Source of the DNA: Felis catus
Lineage: Eukaryota
DNA: 64,000 bases
Assembly (NCBI RefSeq): GCF_018350175.1
Contig: NC_058368.1
Coordinates: 220,474,001 to 220,538,000 of the forward strand
Direction of reading: 5' to 3'
In this document: positions 11,413-24,265 of the stretch, piece after piece
Position numbering within the stretch: position 1 is the stretch's first letter
How the letters are laid out: each line of letters begins with the position of its first letter
Program-made: the position numbers and the translations under genes
Notes under the pieces: model-generated
Databases searched by the model: none
Told to the model about the DNA's origin: nothing
What the model saw: the letters and a program-made list of their open reading frames with translations, nothing else

Positions 11413-13113
11413 GGAAAAATATATTTTTCTCTGACATAAATTCCCTTCAAGTACACAGAATGAGCAGTTTCAGTGTGTGCAGATGGTAGATGTATATGGC
11501 ATTAGACACCAAATAAAAGAGAACAATCATGGCTCTCGTTAAAGAATGGCTTTCAAGTTACAGCTGAGAAACCTTGGAGCAGAATTTCAAGGGCATCTAA
11601 ACAAATATGCTAGAGTAGAAAGGATAATGTCAACAGATACCATTATTCAGAAATCCACGACTGTTTAGTGTCTACACAGAACATCTACACAGTTAGACTC
11701 TTGGAATTAATGAGAACTGCATTGGCACACAAAGCATGTTTATTGAACTCTTGAAAAATATCTCATGCAATATTGCTGTTGAATAGATATCGAGAACAAG
11801 AAGTCAAAATGAGAAGCCACATTATGAGCATATACAGAGAGAAAAGAAGGTGACTTTTTCCCCTCTGTACCGTATTTCTAGAAAATGTCAACAGTTTTAA
11901 ATTGTCTTATAATGGAATTATTAAGTTGGACTACTTTATATAATTTGTCATTGAAATCCTTCAGAGCAATTACCAGCTCCCGTAGGAAAATACAAGTAGC
12001 GATCACAATGTATCGGATTTAACAATCAGTATTTAGAACATAAAACTTTAGAGTTCAAGCTGAATGTCACAATTACGGTTTAAAATTATTCATATCTGAA
12101 TAAGGTATGAGTTTGGTACTGTAGAAGGATAATTATCTAGTTGGTTCAAAGACAGTTTTGAATTCTTACATAATTAAATAAGAAAGGTGGTATTTTCCTG
12201 AACAGTCTTGAATTTCTATGTTTTCCTAACATTTTCCCTGACCCTCAAGTAGAAAAGTTCACTTGGCCTTGAATTGAACCGGAGTTACCAGCACGTATCA
12301 ACCAGTACCTTTCCCAAGTAATGCTGTAGGTGCCGTATTTTCTAACTCACACCATGTGTGTCCCCTGTTGCTTGGATTCTTATGTCAGTTTTTCTTCTAC
12401 TACTCCTCAGAGTAGCTCCATACCCTTGAAGGCTTATAATTACCCTTCCGTTTTATACTCTTTAAAGTAGTTTCTGAAGAAACAGCCTTCTTGTTGCATT
12501 TTGGACAAAAAAGAAAGCTTTTTATTCTTCCTAAAGTCATGTTTTCATCTGAAAAAAAGTTTTATTTCTTTTATCTAAGATTAAAATGTAAAATTCAAGG
12601 GCTTTTGCCATCCTAAAATAGAAGAAAATAGAAGAAGGCTATTTGCCTTCTTTGTGGAAGTTAATTTTGAAATACAAATTGATGAAAAGCAAAAAAAAAT
12701 CATATTTTTGTTACTAATCTGTTTATGATTGAATTTTATACCATTCAATTAGAAAATGCAAGTTATTTTCAAATGTGCTTTCAAAGCCTAAATTCTCCAG
12801 TGACATTTCCCCAATGGCATATTTTCCAATGTTCTGCAGCATTGTGTTTTAATTTATTTTCAATCATGTGCTAAAGAAGTGAAATAAATTCCTTCTCATT
12901 TTGCACCTGGTTTCATATAGCAAATAATACAACTATCATTGTTACAGTGAAATATAGTAATGCAGTTTATTGTTTCTCTAGAAAACTCATGTCAGTCAAC
13001 CAAACACAAGGAATGTGAAATGCTTCCTCACCAAATGAATCAGAGTTACAGCTGAGTTTCAATAATGTCTTAGGAATTAAATAAACTTTGCAGATATTGA
13101 CAGCATTCTAAAT

Positions 13114-13337
13114 TTTTTTCAAAAACAATTTTTATTACTTTTCTTTATTTTTTGAGAGGCAGAGAAAGAGTATGAGTGGGGGAAGGGCAGAGAGAGAGGA
13201 AGACACAGAATGCAAAGAAGGTTTCTGGCTCTGAGCTGTCTGCACAGAGCCCGATGAGGGGCTCAAACCCACAAACCGTGAGATCATGACCTAAGCTGAA
13301 GTCAGACACTCAGCCGACTGAGCCACCCAGGCACCCC
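13114..13337 (-). mobile_element. Feline SINE
   Basis: Reverse SINE; 14 bp TSD acagcattctaaat 13100-13113/13339-13352. Confidence 0.97.
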
Positions 13338-13444
13338 TACAGCATTCTAAATATTATTGTTTATTTCTCAGCTGTACAATCTAGGTAGACATCATTTTGA
13401 TGAAATAATTGTTCATCTAGATTTTAGCATTTTAAAAGGAATAC

Positions 13445-13624
13445 TTTTTTTATCTTTTTATTTTACAGAGAGGGAGAGAGTATGAGCAGGGGAGAGGGGC
13501 AAAGGGAGAGAGAATCAAGCATGTTCCATGCTCAGTGCAGACACAGGGCTCAATCCCACAACCCTGGGATCATGAACTGAGCAGAAATCAAGAGTCTCAA
13601 CTGAATGAGCCACCGATGCACCCC
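13445..13624 (-). mobile_element. CanSINE, different subfamily (gatcccagggttgtgggattgag type)
   Basis: Reverse SINE head and (GA)n tract. Confidence 0.9.
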
Positions 13625-13825
13625 AAAAAGAATAATACTTTTTAAAGTAAGAGAGAATTAGTGTGTTGGTTTGTTGAAGGGAGAAACAAAAGTAGCAGTA
13701 ACATTTGTTTCCATTAACGAGATAAATAGAAACTCAAAAATTCAAATATGTAAAATATGTATTTAATTTAATTTTGATACCGAAATATGGAGTTAAACAG
13801 TAAGATGTATTTAAACTGTATTTTA

Positions 13826-14813
13826 GGTAAATTCCTAGCAGGCTATTGCTGGGTCATAGGGTAGATCTATTTTTAATTTTTTGAGGAACCTCCACACTGT
13901 TTTCCAGAGAGGCTGCACCAGTTTGCATTCCCACCAACAGTGCAAGAGGGTTCCCATTTTTCCATATCCTCTCTAGCATCTATAGTCTTCTGATTTGTTC
14001 ATTTTAGCCACTATGACTGACATGAGGTGGTATCTCGGTGTGGTTTTAATTTATATTTCCCTGATGAGGAGTGATGTTGAGCATCTTTTCATGTACCTGT
14101 TGGCCATCTGGATATCTTCTTTAGAAAAGTGTCTATTCATGTCTTCTGCCCATTTCTTCACTGGATTATTGTTTTTCAGGTGTGGAGTTTGGTGAGTTCT
14201 TCATAGATTTTGGATACTAGCCCTTTGTCTGATACGTCATTTGCAAATATCTTTTCCCATTTCGTTGGTTGCCTTTTAGTTTTGTTGATTGGTTCCTTTG
14301 CAGTGCAGAAGCTTTTTATCTTGATGAAGTCCCAATAGTTCATTTTTGCTTTCAATTCCCTTGCCTTTGGAGATGTGTCAAGTAAGAAATTGCTGTGGCT
14401 GAGGTCAGAGAGGTTTTTTCCTGGTTTCTCCTCTAGGGTTTTGATGGTTTCCTGTCTCACATTCAGGTCCTTTATCCATGTTGAGTTTATTTTTGGGAAT
14501 GGTGTAAGAAAGTGGTCTAATTTCATTCTTCTGCATGTTGCTGTCTAGTTCTCCCAGCACCATTTGTTAAAGAGACTGTCTTTTTTCCATTGGATGTTCT
14601 TTCCTGCTTTGTTAAAGAGGAGTTGGCCATACGTTTGTGGGTCTAGTTCTGTGGTTTCTATTCTATTCCATTGGTCTATGTGTCTGTTTTTGTTCCAATA
14701 CAATACTGTCTTGATGATTACAGCTTTGTAGTAGAGGCTAAAGCCAGGGATTGTGATGCCTCCCACTTTGGTTTTCATCTTCAATATTACTTTGGCTATT
14801 CAGGGTCTTTTGT
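13826..14813 (-). mobile_element. Feline L1, inverted 5' segment (ORF2 C-terminal region)
   Basis: Minus ORFs 14545-14784 and 14176-14526 are same-frame L1 ORF2 ([44 protein letters not shown]) split by one stop. Confidence 0.97.
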
Positions 14814-15511
14814 AATGAACAAATTAGAAGACTATAGATGCTGGAGAGGAGAAACGGGATCCTTCTTGCACTGTTGGTGGGAATGCAAACTGGTACAGCT
14901 GCTCTGGAAAACAGTGTAAAGATTCCTCAAAAAATTAAAAATAGACCTACCCTATGACCCAGCAATAGCACTGCTAGGAATTAACCCAAGGGGTATAGGA
15001 GTGCTGGTACATAGGGGTACTTGTATCCCAATGTTTATAGCAGCACTTTCAACAATAGCCAAATTATGGAAAGAGCCTAAATGTCCATCAACTGATGAAT
15101 GGATAAAGAAATTGTGGTTTATGGACACAATGGAATACTACTTTGCAATGAGAAATAATGAAATCTGGCCATTTGTAGCAATGTGGATGGAACTGGAGAG
15201 TGTTATGCTAAGTGAAATAAGTCATACAGAAAAAGATAGATACCATATGTTTTCACTCTTATGTGGATCCTGAGAAACTTAACAAAAGACCCGTTAACAG
15301 AGAGGGGATGGAAAAAAAAAAAGTTAGAGAGGGAGGGAGCCAAACCATAAGAGACCTTTAAAAACTAAGAATAAACTGAGGGTTGATGGGAGGGGGTGTG
15401 TGTGGGAGGGAGGGCAAAGTGGGTGATGGGCATTGAGGAGGGCATCTGTTGGAATGAACACTGGGTGTTGTATGGAAACCAATTTGACAATAAATTTCAT
15501 ATTTAAAAAAA
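14814..15511 (+). mobile_element. Feline L1, sense 3' segment (ORF2 end, 3' UTR, poly(A))
   Basis: [10 protein letters not shown] and CIPMFIAALSTIAKLWKEPKCPS motifs; G-rich 3' UTR; gacaataaatttcatatttaaaaaaa end. Confidence 0.97.
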
Positions 15512-15803
15512 GAGAAAGAAATAGAAATCAAGAAGAAATAGAAATCAAGATATTCAAAGCCATGTAGAAAGATCCATACTCTATACTGCAGAAATGAGGA
15601 GCCATTAAACACATTAAATAGAAAGGTCTATGCTTTAAGATTAATCTTTAACAGTGTATAGATTGAACTTAATGTAGAGGAATTAATGAAGGAAGATCAG
15701 TTTTATTCACCTAGGGAAAAGGTATTGAGGATCAAAACTAGATTAATGGCAATATGAATAAAAAAGTTGCAAAAATTAAAAAATATTAAATAAACAAACA
15801 AAC
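15512..15803 (+). other. Probable L1 3' transduced sequence with second poly(A)-derived tail
   Basis: Lies between L1 poly(A) and second copy of TSD aaactgtatttta (13813-13825/15804-15816); AATAAA 15757-15762 then A-rich tail 15771-15803. Confidence 0.65.
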
Positions 15804-16020
15804 AAACTGTATTTTAAGGTAGAATAATTTTATATGATACTTAAGTCTAATAAATCTAAGATTAATTTTATTAACTCAATCATTAAATGAAAAATAATAT
15901 TAAATATAGTAAGACAGCTTTAAACAGAAATTATAATTAAATATAATAAACAGTTTATATGTTATTATATTATTTAGTGTAGTATTGATCACATTTAACC
16001 ATTTCCAACCTGGGTTGCTT

Positions 16021-16033
16021 CTCTCTATCTCTT

Positions 16034-16104
<71 letters not shown>
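16021..16104. repeat. Compound (CT)n(CA)17 microsatellite
   Basis: Direct read. Confidence 0.97.
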
Positions 16105-16106
<2 letters not shown>

Positions 16107-18457
16107 TCTAAGAAGTTGTATTTATCTTTTTAATAGATGCTTGCAATGTTTTCTTTAGTGGCTCTTTTAGCTTAGGTGCTATTGACCTCTAATAAATTTT
16201 AGAGTATTTATTCTACATAGTTTGGATATTTATGATGTGATTTTATTAATTGTACTGGCTTCCCAAAAGATCTGCTGTTTTTTATTCTAATGTATTTTGC
16301 TCTTCCTTAAAGTATTTACAATTATTAACACAAAAGATTTCATGTTCTTCAGTTTATCTTGTTGCTAATTGATCAATTTTGAAAAGTATTGCAAAATTAA
16401 AAAGAACGCAGTAAAACATTAAAAAACTTAACTTTTTATCCTGTGTTACTCTTTTTATCATCCAATTTAAAAGTTTAACAATTTAAAAAATATACAAATT
16501 TCTTAGAAAATATAAACCCCTTCATGGTATTATAAATACAGAGGTTTAAATAAAGATGAAATGTAATAAATGTTTTAGTCATATTAATTTTAAATTCTAG
16601 AGTTTGGAAGATATTTTGTGATTAACACTTGCATGATGTGTGTTATTTTTCAGTTGTCTGGTTTCAATTTCCACCTGAAATATGATACTGTTCAACAATG
16701 TCATTTTAAAGAAGATTAAGTATCCCAGTGTGTGACAAAGTGAACTCAATTTTTAAATTATGAACACTGAAAAAACGAAAACAAAATAAAATGGAAACTA
16801 TTTGTCAGGGACTTGCTACCTAGTATGTAAATCATTCACAACACACATCTCCCTTTCCCACTACTCATTTTTTTTTTTTTTGCACTCACTTGACTATTTA
16901 GCCATTTCCTAATTTCTCTGTTTAGATGTTTAGTGAAGAGGCACAGTACAACTACTAAATATCACAGGAAATTCCAGGAAAATTTATTTATATACCTAGT
17001 TGGTTCACTTGTCTAAGATACAAAAGAAAAAAAAAATCCCTGATATGTCACATAGCAAGATTATCAGAATGTATTTAGGTCTTTTGGTGCTTTATTTGAA
17101 TCTATTTTGTGGCCCTAAACTTAAGTCATGAGTTGTTTCCCTGAGACTCTTCCAAAAAGAGAATTGTTTTGTTATTGGTAGCGGTGGTTATCAGCTATGT
17201 TTTATGACCAACAAAGTAAAAACAATGCCTAATTTTATACTAGAAATTGAGTGATGATACTTATGCTTTTGCCTGGGATATTTCCTTTTATGCCTCATAT
17301 CCTAGGACATGTAAAAGCAGGGCTACCTTCCTTCTCAAAAGGGTTCCGGCCTGGGTGATCAATTTCTGCATACCTTATAGTACTACTAAGCAAAGTCTCA
17401 TATTTCCATTTCTAAGGTGTCTCTCACAGGAACAATTCTGTTCATAACAAAAGGTCTTCAAAGTGACTGCTGTAATTCTAAATTATCCTTGGTGAAATTG
17501 TAACCTTTAGAAAGATATCCCCACAAATTAGAATTATAGTGTAAATATATGTAAGTGGTAGGCGTCTGGCAGAGGGAACTCAGAGTTGGATTTATACAGG
17601 TGCCTCATTAGAACTGAGGTGAGGCTTGTCCAACATCATGTCTCTGGAACCTAATCAAGAGACTAGCCATCACCAGTCAAAATCCCAACAAAACTCTTAA
17701 CTCCTGACAGACACTGAGCAAGCAATTGTCAGGGACACAAAGGCAGGACTTATAAAAGTGTGTCCAGGCATATGTGATTAGACCTTCTTAGCTATTTTAA
17801 AGGACAGACTTCTTGGCCCTTTGCTTATCTTCATATAGACTCATAGACTTAAAACACAAAGTAACAAGAAAATACGGGAATAAAACACATTTTCACCAAA
17901 GATTAAGTTTTTAAACTTAATCACATAACCACAGGATAGATAAGTGGAAGCAGTTCTATTTCTTGGAGACAAAATTCATTTAGCATTTGGGATCTTGATG
18001 AAAATAATGCAAAATTCAGAACCAATGTGAGCATTATCCCACCATCATCATTAGAGAGTTCTGTGAGGTGAAGGTCAAGTTGAGTTTGTGGTTTCAAAAT
18101 TGAAGACTTTGAGTTATGACAGCAAGTGAGTTTCATTAATTTTAGTAAAACATACATATTATTGAACTTCCAAAATACCACCAGACAAACTATCAGTGAA
18201 ACTAAATGTAACCAAACATTTTCCATTGAGCGAAAACATTGCTACAGTCTTAGTCATAAACTCTTAAGTCTTAGTATACTCAGAGAGGTGGGGTGTTTAT
18301 AGGTTTTGAAGGGACTGGAATCAAATAGTTTAAAGGAGTCCTTTCAAATTAAAGAGCTAATTGGGACCAGGCAAATTTCAAGCCATTATAATTTAGGATA
18401 TGTGTGTATAGTAAGAAGAGGTTCTTCCAGTGGAACCCAAGCATAAACTATGTTGAT

Positions 18458-18857
18458 TGTATCAGTCCAATAGGGCTGACATAACAAAATATCACAGACA
18501 GGTGGCTTAAACAGCAGAAATGATTTTCTCACAATTTTTAAGGCTAGAAGCCCTACATGAAGGTGCCGGCAGGATTGTTTCTTCAGAGGTCTCTCTGATT
18601 TGCAAATAGTTGTCTTCTCACTGTGCCTTACTATGTGGTCTTCTGTGTTTGTCTGTGTCCTAATCTCTTCTTATAAAGATGCCAGTCGTATCTAATTAGG
18701 GCCCATCCTCATAGCCTCATTTATCCTTAAATAATTAATTATCCTTTATTACTTCCTCTTTAAATACCTCTCTCCAAACACAGCCACATTTGGAGATACT
18801 AACAGTCCAGGACTTCAACATATAAATTGGTGGGGGGACACAGGTCAGCCTACAACA
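18458..18857 (-). mobile_element. Full-length MLT1A/B-like solo LTR
   Basis: TG...CA ends, MLT1 motifs throughout, 5 bp TSD ttgat/tagat. Confidence 0.85.
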
Positions 18858-19487
18858 TAGATAAAGAAGCTGTTAAGTAAGCAGAATGTTTTAGACAAAT
18901 TGATTTGCTGGAATTTTCTGAAGCAAATAGCTGTGCTTTACAGTCTTATATTTCCTATGAAATGAGTTCATATCACACAGGTGGTCATCTTTCTAATAAC
19001 CTATTTAATGTTTTTATGTTGATGAGTTGGCTTTGCTGTTACTAGTCCAGACTTTTGTCCTTGCCATCACACGGTATGAATTTGGAGAAGTGATTTAATC
19101 CCTATGAATCTCTTCTTTGACGATATTAACAGTATCTACTCCATGGAATTCTTGTGAGATACCAATAAGAAAATTCCTGCAAAACTCTTAGCAGCGGACC
19201 CCACATTAAATATAAGATACAGTGTCCCTGCTGATAGTGATAATGGTGCTACGGTTGCTACCGAATTGTATATCTCAGAGTCAAGTTCAAAAAAGAAAAT
19301 AACACTGACAGTCTGTAAGATTAAGGCTTCCTTTTTTGGTAAGAGTGATAGATAGCAAACTGAGACTTTCTTTCTTAAAGTTTCATTTTGTGAAATCTGA
19401 TATGATTTAAGACCCAATAAACAGGCAATTATTATATGGAGACTTCTCATTTTATTTACTTCCTAAATAAGTCAGTAAAATTGATGA

Positions 19488-19615
19488 TTTCTATTTCAAC
19501 TATGGCAAAAAGGAAGCTCAGAGATGCTATTTAATCTGCTCAAGCTTATTCAAGTAGAGAGTGAGAGAATCAGGAATTGAACCCTGACATGTCTGATTCA
19601 AAACCCATGTTCTTA
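19488..19615 (-). mobile_element. MIR fragment
   Basis: ggaagctcagaga...caggaattgaaccctgacatgtctgattcaaaacccatgttctt. Confidence 0.7.
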
Positions 19616-20439
19616 GGTAGTGTTTTATTTAACTATTTATTTAACAAATACTAGAAGACATAATAATGAACTATTTTTAGCCCTTGAACTTATATTTGTT
19701 TTTTCATTAAAAGATATTTAGACTTATTTTAACTAGATAAGTAGCCACAAGAGAATCACCCAGATAAGAGTTTGACTGCCTGATTATGCATGCGTGCAAA
19801 ATGCCATAACACTGGGAATTTGGTCACCACTTCAAATGCAATCTGAAATGTCATAGTAGCTGAGGGAATAAACATCCCTAACACTATGGAATAAACTCCC
19901 ATCTTTTCATAGCAGCCTGGGGGAGATGCATCTATAATTGATTACTCAAGTTCCAGCTGTTCTCAGAACTGTGTCATTGAAGTCATGAATTATTTGCTGA
20001 ATCTAATATGTGGATAACAGTTAAATCAGCAGAGTAAGTTTATTTGTCTGTTGCATAATCTCTTCTATAAACATGCTTGTCCAAACAGAAGATATCTATT
20101 TATCAAAGAAATTAGTCCAGAATTATTGAAAAAATATGGATAGTACAAAACAAATATGCACACGCAGACACACAGGATAACGATATTGTACGGATGTCAA
20201 GATGGCTTCACAAAATTTCCTGAGATGTTTGGAAGATACTTGTAAGCAACTTTGAGATGACTTTCTTAAGTTGGTTCCCTTATTTCCTTACGTGTTATCA
20301 TTTTGAATCCACCTCCCTGAATTACAAATTAATTCTGAAAAAGTGAGTGAGGATTTGTGTGCCCAAATGACTACAGCAGTTTTTGCCAACTTTCCCTGAT
20401 AAGAATTTCCTGAGGGCCTCTTTATATACCTTCTTTTAG

Positions 20440-20602
20440 AACCGTACTTCTCACCTTTAATGTGAATCTTATGCAAGATTCACCCAAGGATCTTTTTAAA
20501 ATTTAGTAGGCTTGGGGTCAGGGCTGAGATTCTGTAGTTCTCTGGGGCTCCCAGCTGATGCTGATACTGTTGGTTCAAGAACCACTTTTTAAGTGGCAAG
20601 TG
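20440..20602. mobile_element. MER5-like hAT MITE
   Basis: agtaggcttggggtcagggctgagattctg...ctcccagctgatgctgatactgttggttcaagaaccacttt. Confidence 0.7.
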
Positions 20603-20609
20603 TGGTCAC

Positions 20610-20865
20610 TTGCAGTGTCCAATAATGTAGCCACTAGTCACATATGGCTGTTGAGCTCTTGAAATGTAGCTAGTCAGAATAGAGTTGGACTGTAATCTAA
20701 AAAGGATTTTGAAAGCATAGTATGAAAAAGGAATGTAAAATATATCAATAAATTTTTTTAAAATAATGATTACATGTGTAATAGGCAATGTTTTGGATAT
20801 GTTGGGTTGAATAACATATATTATTAAAAATAATAAAATTAGTGACTTAAATTTGCGTGGCTGAT
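20610..20865. mobile_element. MER33/MER3-like hAT-Charlie MITE
   Basis: tgtccaataatgtagccactagtcacatatggctgttgagctcttgaaatgtagctagt...ttttggatatgttgggtt. Confidence 0.8.
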
Positions 20866-21729
20866 TTTTTTAAATGAATCTTTGCCTTAGATATGTTTCA
20901 TTCACATAGCACTGGTAAGTAGAAGGTCAAGACTAGAAACTGATTAAGTGGGACTGGGATGGAGTCTTGGTATGATTTAATTTTATTACTCATGCATTTA
21001 ATGATACTGATGTATCAATATTTCCCACGAGAATGTGTATTTCCTAAACACAAACACTCTTCACTCTTGTATCACAAGCAATTAATAGGGTTGCTGACAA
21101 AGAAGAGATTGTCATGTTGGATAGATGTTTAAAACACACCATTTTGAAAGCACAGCCATGCTGTGATCATTATAACAAGTAACACAATGGAGGAAAATAT
21201 TTCTGGAACACTAGACTTCCTAAATTTAATATCAGGCGAGCTTAAACTAACTTTATAAAAACTCATAATGCTTCCTTTATTCTTGTGCTATTATGGGAAT
21301 GCGTGAAGGCATGTCATAACCCCTGCTCAAATATATGATTATCTTACCTGAAACCCAAGGAATGATAAAATGCAGTTCATCGGAGTTTTGTACAGGGAAT
21401 CTTGAGATGATAAAATGTCTTGTAATTCTCAGTTATGAATGACTCCACTGAAATGGAAAAGTTTACTTTCAACAAAGTAATAGTCTTCAAACAAACAGGA
21501 ACTTTTTTTTTGCTACTATAATCTATCACAAAATATAATGTATTATCAGGATCTATGTAGCATACAATGGCGCATGCCTTTATGTGTGCACAGGTAAATA
21601 ATACATTGTAGATTGCCCTGAAATAGTATTATTGTTCCCTTCTCAGATACTAAGGGGACTCAAAACTTAAGTTACAACCTTTAGGAATTAGGTACTGTGG
21701 TTTTTCCTATATGTGAAGCTATAAAAAGT

Positions 21730-21915
21730 ACAGAGTAAGAGCAAAGTCCCTAGAGCCAAAATGTCCTATGCAATTTGCCATCGTCTCTGTTTATCATTTT
21801 CCCATCTCTAAAATGGGGCTAATAATAGTATTTATCTCATAGGGTTGTTGTGGAGATAAAGTGAGTTAAAACCTCTAGACTATATAGAACAGTTTGGCAT
21901 GTAATAAATGCCATT
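21730..21915 (+). mobile_element. MIR fragment
   Basis: tttcccatctctaaaatggggctaataatagtatttatctcatagggttgttgtggagataaagtgagttaa. Confidence 0.8.
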
Positions 21916-22518
21916 ACTAGATACCGAAATGTTCCTAATTATGATTTGAACTAGTAATTGACATAAGAGATTTAATGACCGAAAGCAAAATCTACATTAT
22001 ATTTTAAGCACAAGTAATGCACCTTCTTCAGTTTTGTTACATTTCTATTGATAAGAAAGACAAAAAACAAAAACTTGAGGACAACCGATATGGTCTATTG
22101 CCTTTAAGCGAATAGCATCACAATGTTTTCAAAATTTATTTGGAAACATTTCTTTTGAATGAAGAGAATTTTAATGTTTATCACAGCTCAAGATAAAACA
22201 TAGAATATTATTTTCTCTGATAAAACTGAAAAATATTATTCTGTGTGTAACAACTACTTTATCTGAATTTAGAACTATATTATCTTTGAATTTTGAAAGT
22301 ATATTATATTCTTTTTTCAGTTTTAGTCTTGATATTGTTCAATATATAGGATTTCCAATGTAATCTTGAAGATGTGGGTCATGAATTATTTATGTGTCTT
22401 GATGTATTAGCACTTTTCCAATCCATTTTCCACCTGGGTAACATGCTTATTTTGTTTCAATATTTTAGCGGTCCCAGTGTGCAATGCATTCTGTTATATT
22501 CAATATTTTAAAATACGA

Positions 22519-22730
22519 GGAGTGCCTGGGTGGCTCGGTCAGTTGAGCGTCCAACTTCCACTCAGATAATGATTTCACGTTTCCTGAGTTAGAGGCCTGC
22601 GTGGGGCTCTGTGCTGACAGCTCGGAGCCTGGGGACTACTTCAAATTCTGTGTTTCCCATTCTCTCTGCCCCTCCTGCTCACGCTCTCTTTCTCAAAATT
22701 AAATAAAAATAAAAAAAATAAAATAAAATA
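22519..22730 (+). mobile_element. Feline SINE
   Basis: Head, CT tract, A tail. Confidence 0.95.
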
Positions 22731-22754
22731 ATTTCGAAAATACATTTTGGAAGG

Positions 22755-23235
22755 AGACACAATAACTAAATGTAATGTGGTATCTTGGGTGGGATCTCTG
22801 ATTAGAAAAAGACAGGTAGGGCGCCTGGGTGGCGCAGTCGGTTAAGCGTCTGACTTCAGCCTGGTCACGATCTCGTGGTCCATGAGTTCGAGCCCCGCTT
22901 CAGGCTCTGGGCTGATGGCTCGGAGCCTGGAGCCTGTTTCCGATTCTGTGTCTCCCTCTCTCTCTGCCCCTCCCCCGTTCATGCTCTGTCTCTCTCTGTC
23001 CCGAAAATAAATAAAAAACGTTGAAAAAAAAATTAAAAAAAAAAAAGAAAAAGACAGGTAAAATCTAAGGAAATCTTAATAACATATGGACTTTAATTAA
23101 TGTTACTGAATTAATATTGGTTTATTAATTGTGACAATAATACGATAGTAATGTAACACGTTAATAATGGGAAAAAACTCGGGCATGGTATACTCTTATA
23201 TTATTGCAACTTTTCTGTCAGTTTAAAAGTAATCT
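22755..23235 (+). mobile_element. Old L1 (L1MB/MC-like) 3' fragment split by a SINE
   Basis: aactaaatgtaatgtggtatcttgggtggga...aatattggtttattaattgtgacaa...tgcaacttttctgt. Confidence 0.75.
22819..23045 (+). mobile_element. Young feline SINE (SINEC_Fc type)
   Basis: Perfect 15 bp TSD agaaaaagacaggta 22804-22818/23046-23060; long A tail. Confidence 0.98.
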
Positions 23236-24223
23236 GAACAAGTTTATTAACTGTCAAAAACTACATTTCAAACTTCATGAAATTTCTAATACTAAAATTC
23301 TTCTCTCTCCATTCTCCAGCTCCCTTGCCCTCCACCCCACCCTTTTCTGTCCTTCACTTTCTCTATTATTATTCACTGCAGTATTCTTCCTAAGGAATTA
23401 GAATTATCAAATCTTTGCAGCCTATATTGGCTCTCTCTACTTCTGAGTTAAGGTTTAAAAGTTTAAAATATAACAATGACATTTATCTGTAAATATACAA
23501 GCAGGTTTTTAACTAAAAATAACATCTGCTTATTTACACTTACTCTCAGATATGGATGATACTTGTAATGTTAAGAAAACAAAATTGTGTAGTCTAACTC
23601 TGTACATATCTCCAAATATTTCTAAATCTATGTAAATGATAGAATGACTAATGAAGGCCATTCCTAGAATAGAAAAAATAACATCTAATCACCATTCTCG
23701 TCTACCTTCCTGCCTCTCTAGGAAAAATATTTGTTTAAATAAGAACTATAAATAAAGAATTTTTATTTTGAGCTTTATAAAATCTACTTCATAAAATTTA
23801 AATAATTATTTCCTTTATCTCATAAATTTAGTTATTTAACTTTTTTCTTTTAAAAATTTATTAATTGAGTCATACTAATTTGAGGTTTTATAGTACTTTG
23901 TTGATACCTGAGCAAATTTTGATTCAGAATAAGGGCAAACAAATGTATTTTTGCAAATGTTTTGTTAAGAATACCTGTAGTATGTGTCTCCATATGCGAG
24001 TGCTCTAGCACTATAACCATTTCTGATGTGACTCTAAGGGGTGGGGCAAGGTGTGCATTAGTGTATTTTAAGGAAATTATAGCACATCTGTATTACTATA
24101 ATGTCTGAGTTCTATATTGAAATTTATCCTCCTACTTTTGTACTTTTTCAAAAACATCCAACCCATATCAAAGATTCTAGCACTTACTAACATTTAATAA
24201 CAAAATACCATTCCAATGTGGTA

Positions 24224-24225
<2 letters not shown>

Positions 24226-24263
<38 letters not shown>
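24226..24263. repeat. (GT)n microsatellite
   Basis: Direct read. Confidence 0.97.

Positions 24264-24265
<2 letters not shown>

Noticed and set aside
12263..12330. Minus-strand B-box-like ggttcaattc with a tRNA-Gly-like 3' end
   Set aside because: No foldable cloverleaf or convincing A box; too degenerate to call
14671..14919. Chimeric ORF crossing the L1 inversion junction into the ORF2 cysteine-rich motif
   Set aside because: Short, truncated by a stop, no promoter or splice support; by-product of the inversion
15378..15430. G-run tract able to form a G-quadruplex
   Set aside because: Expected part of an L1 3' UTR
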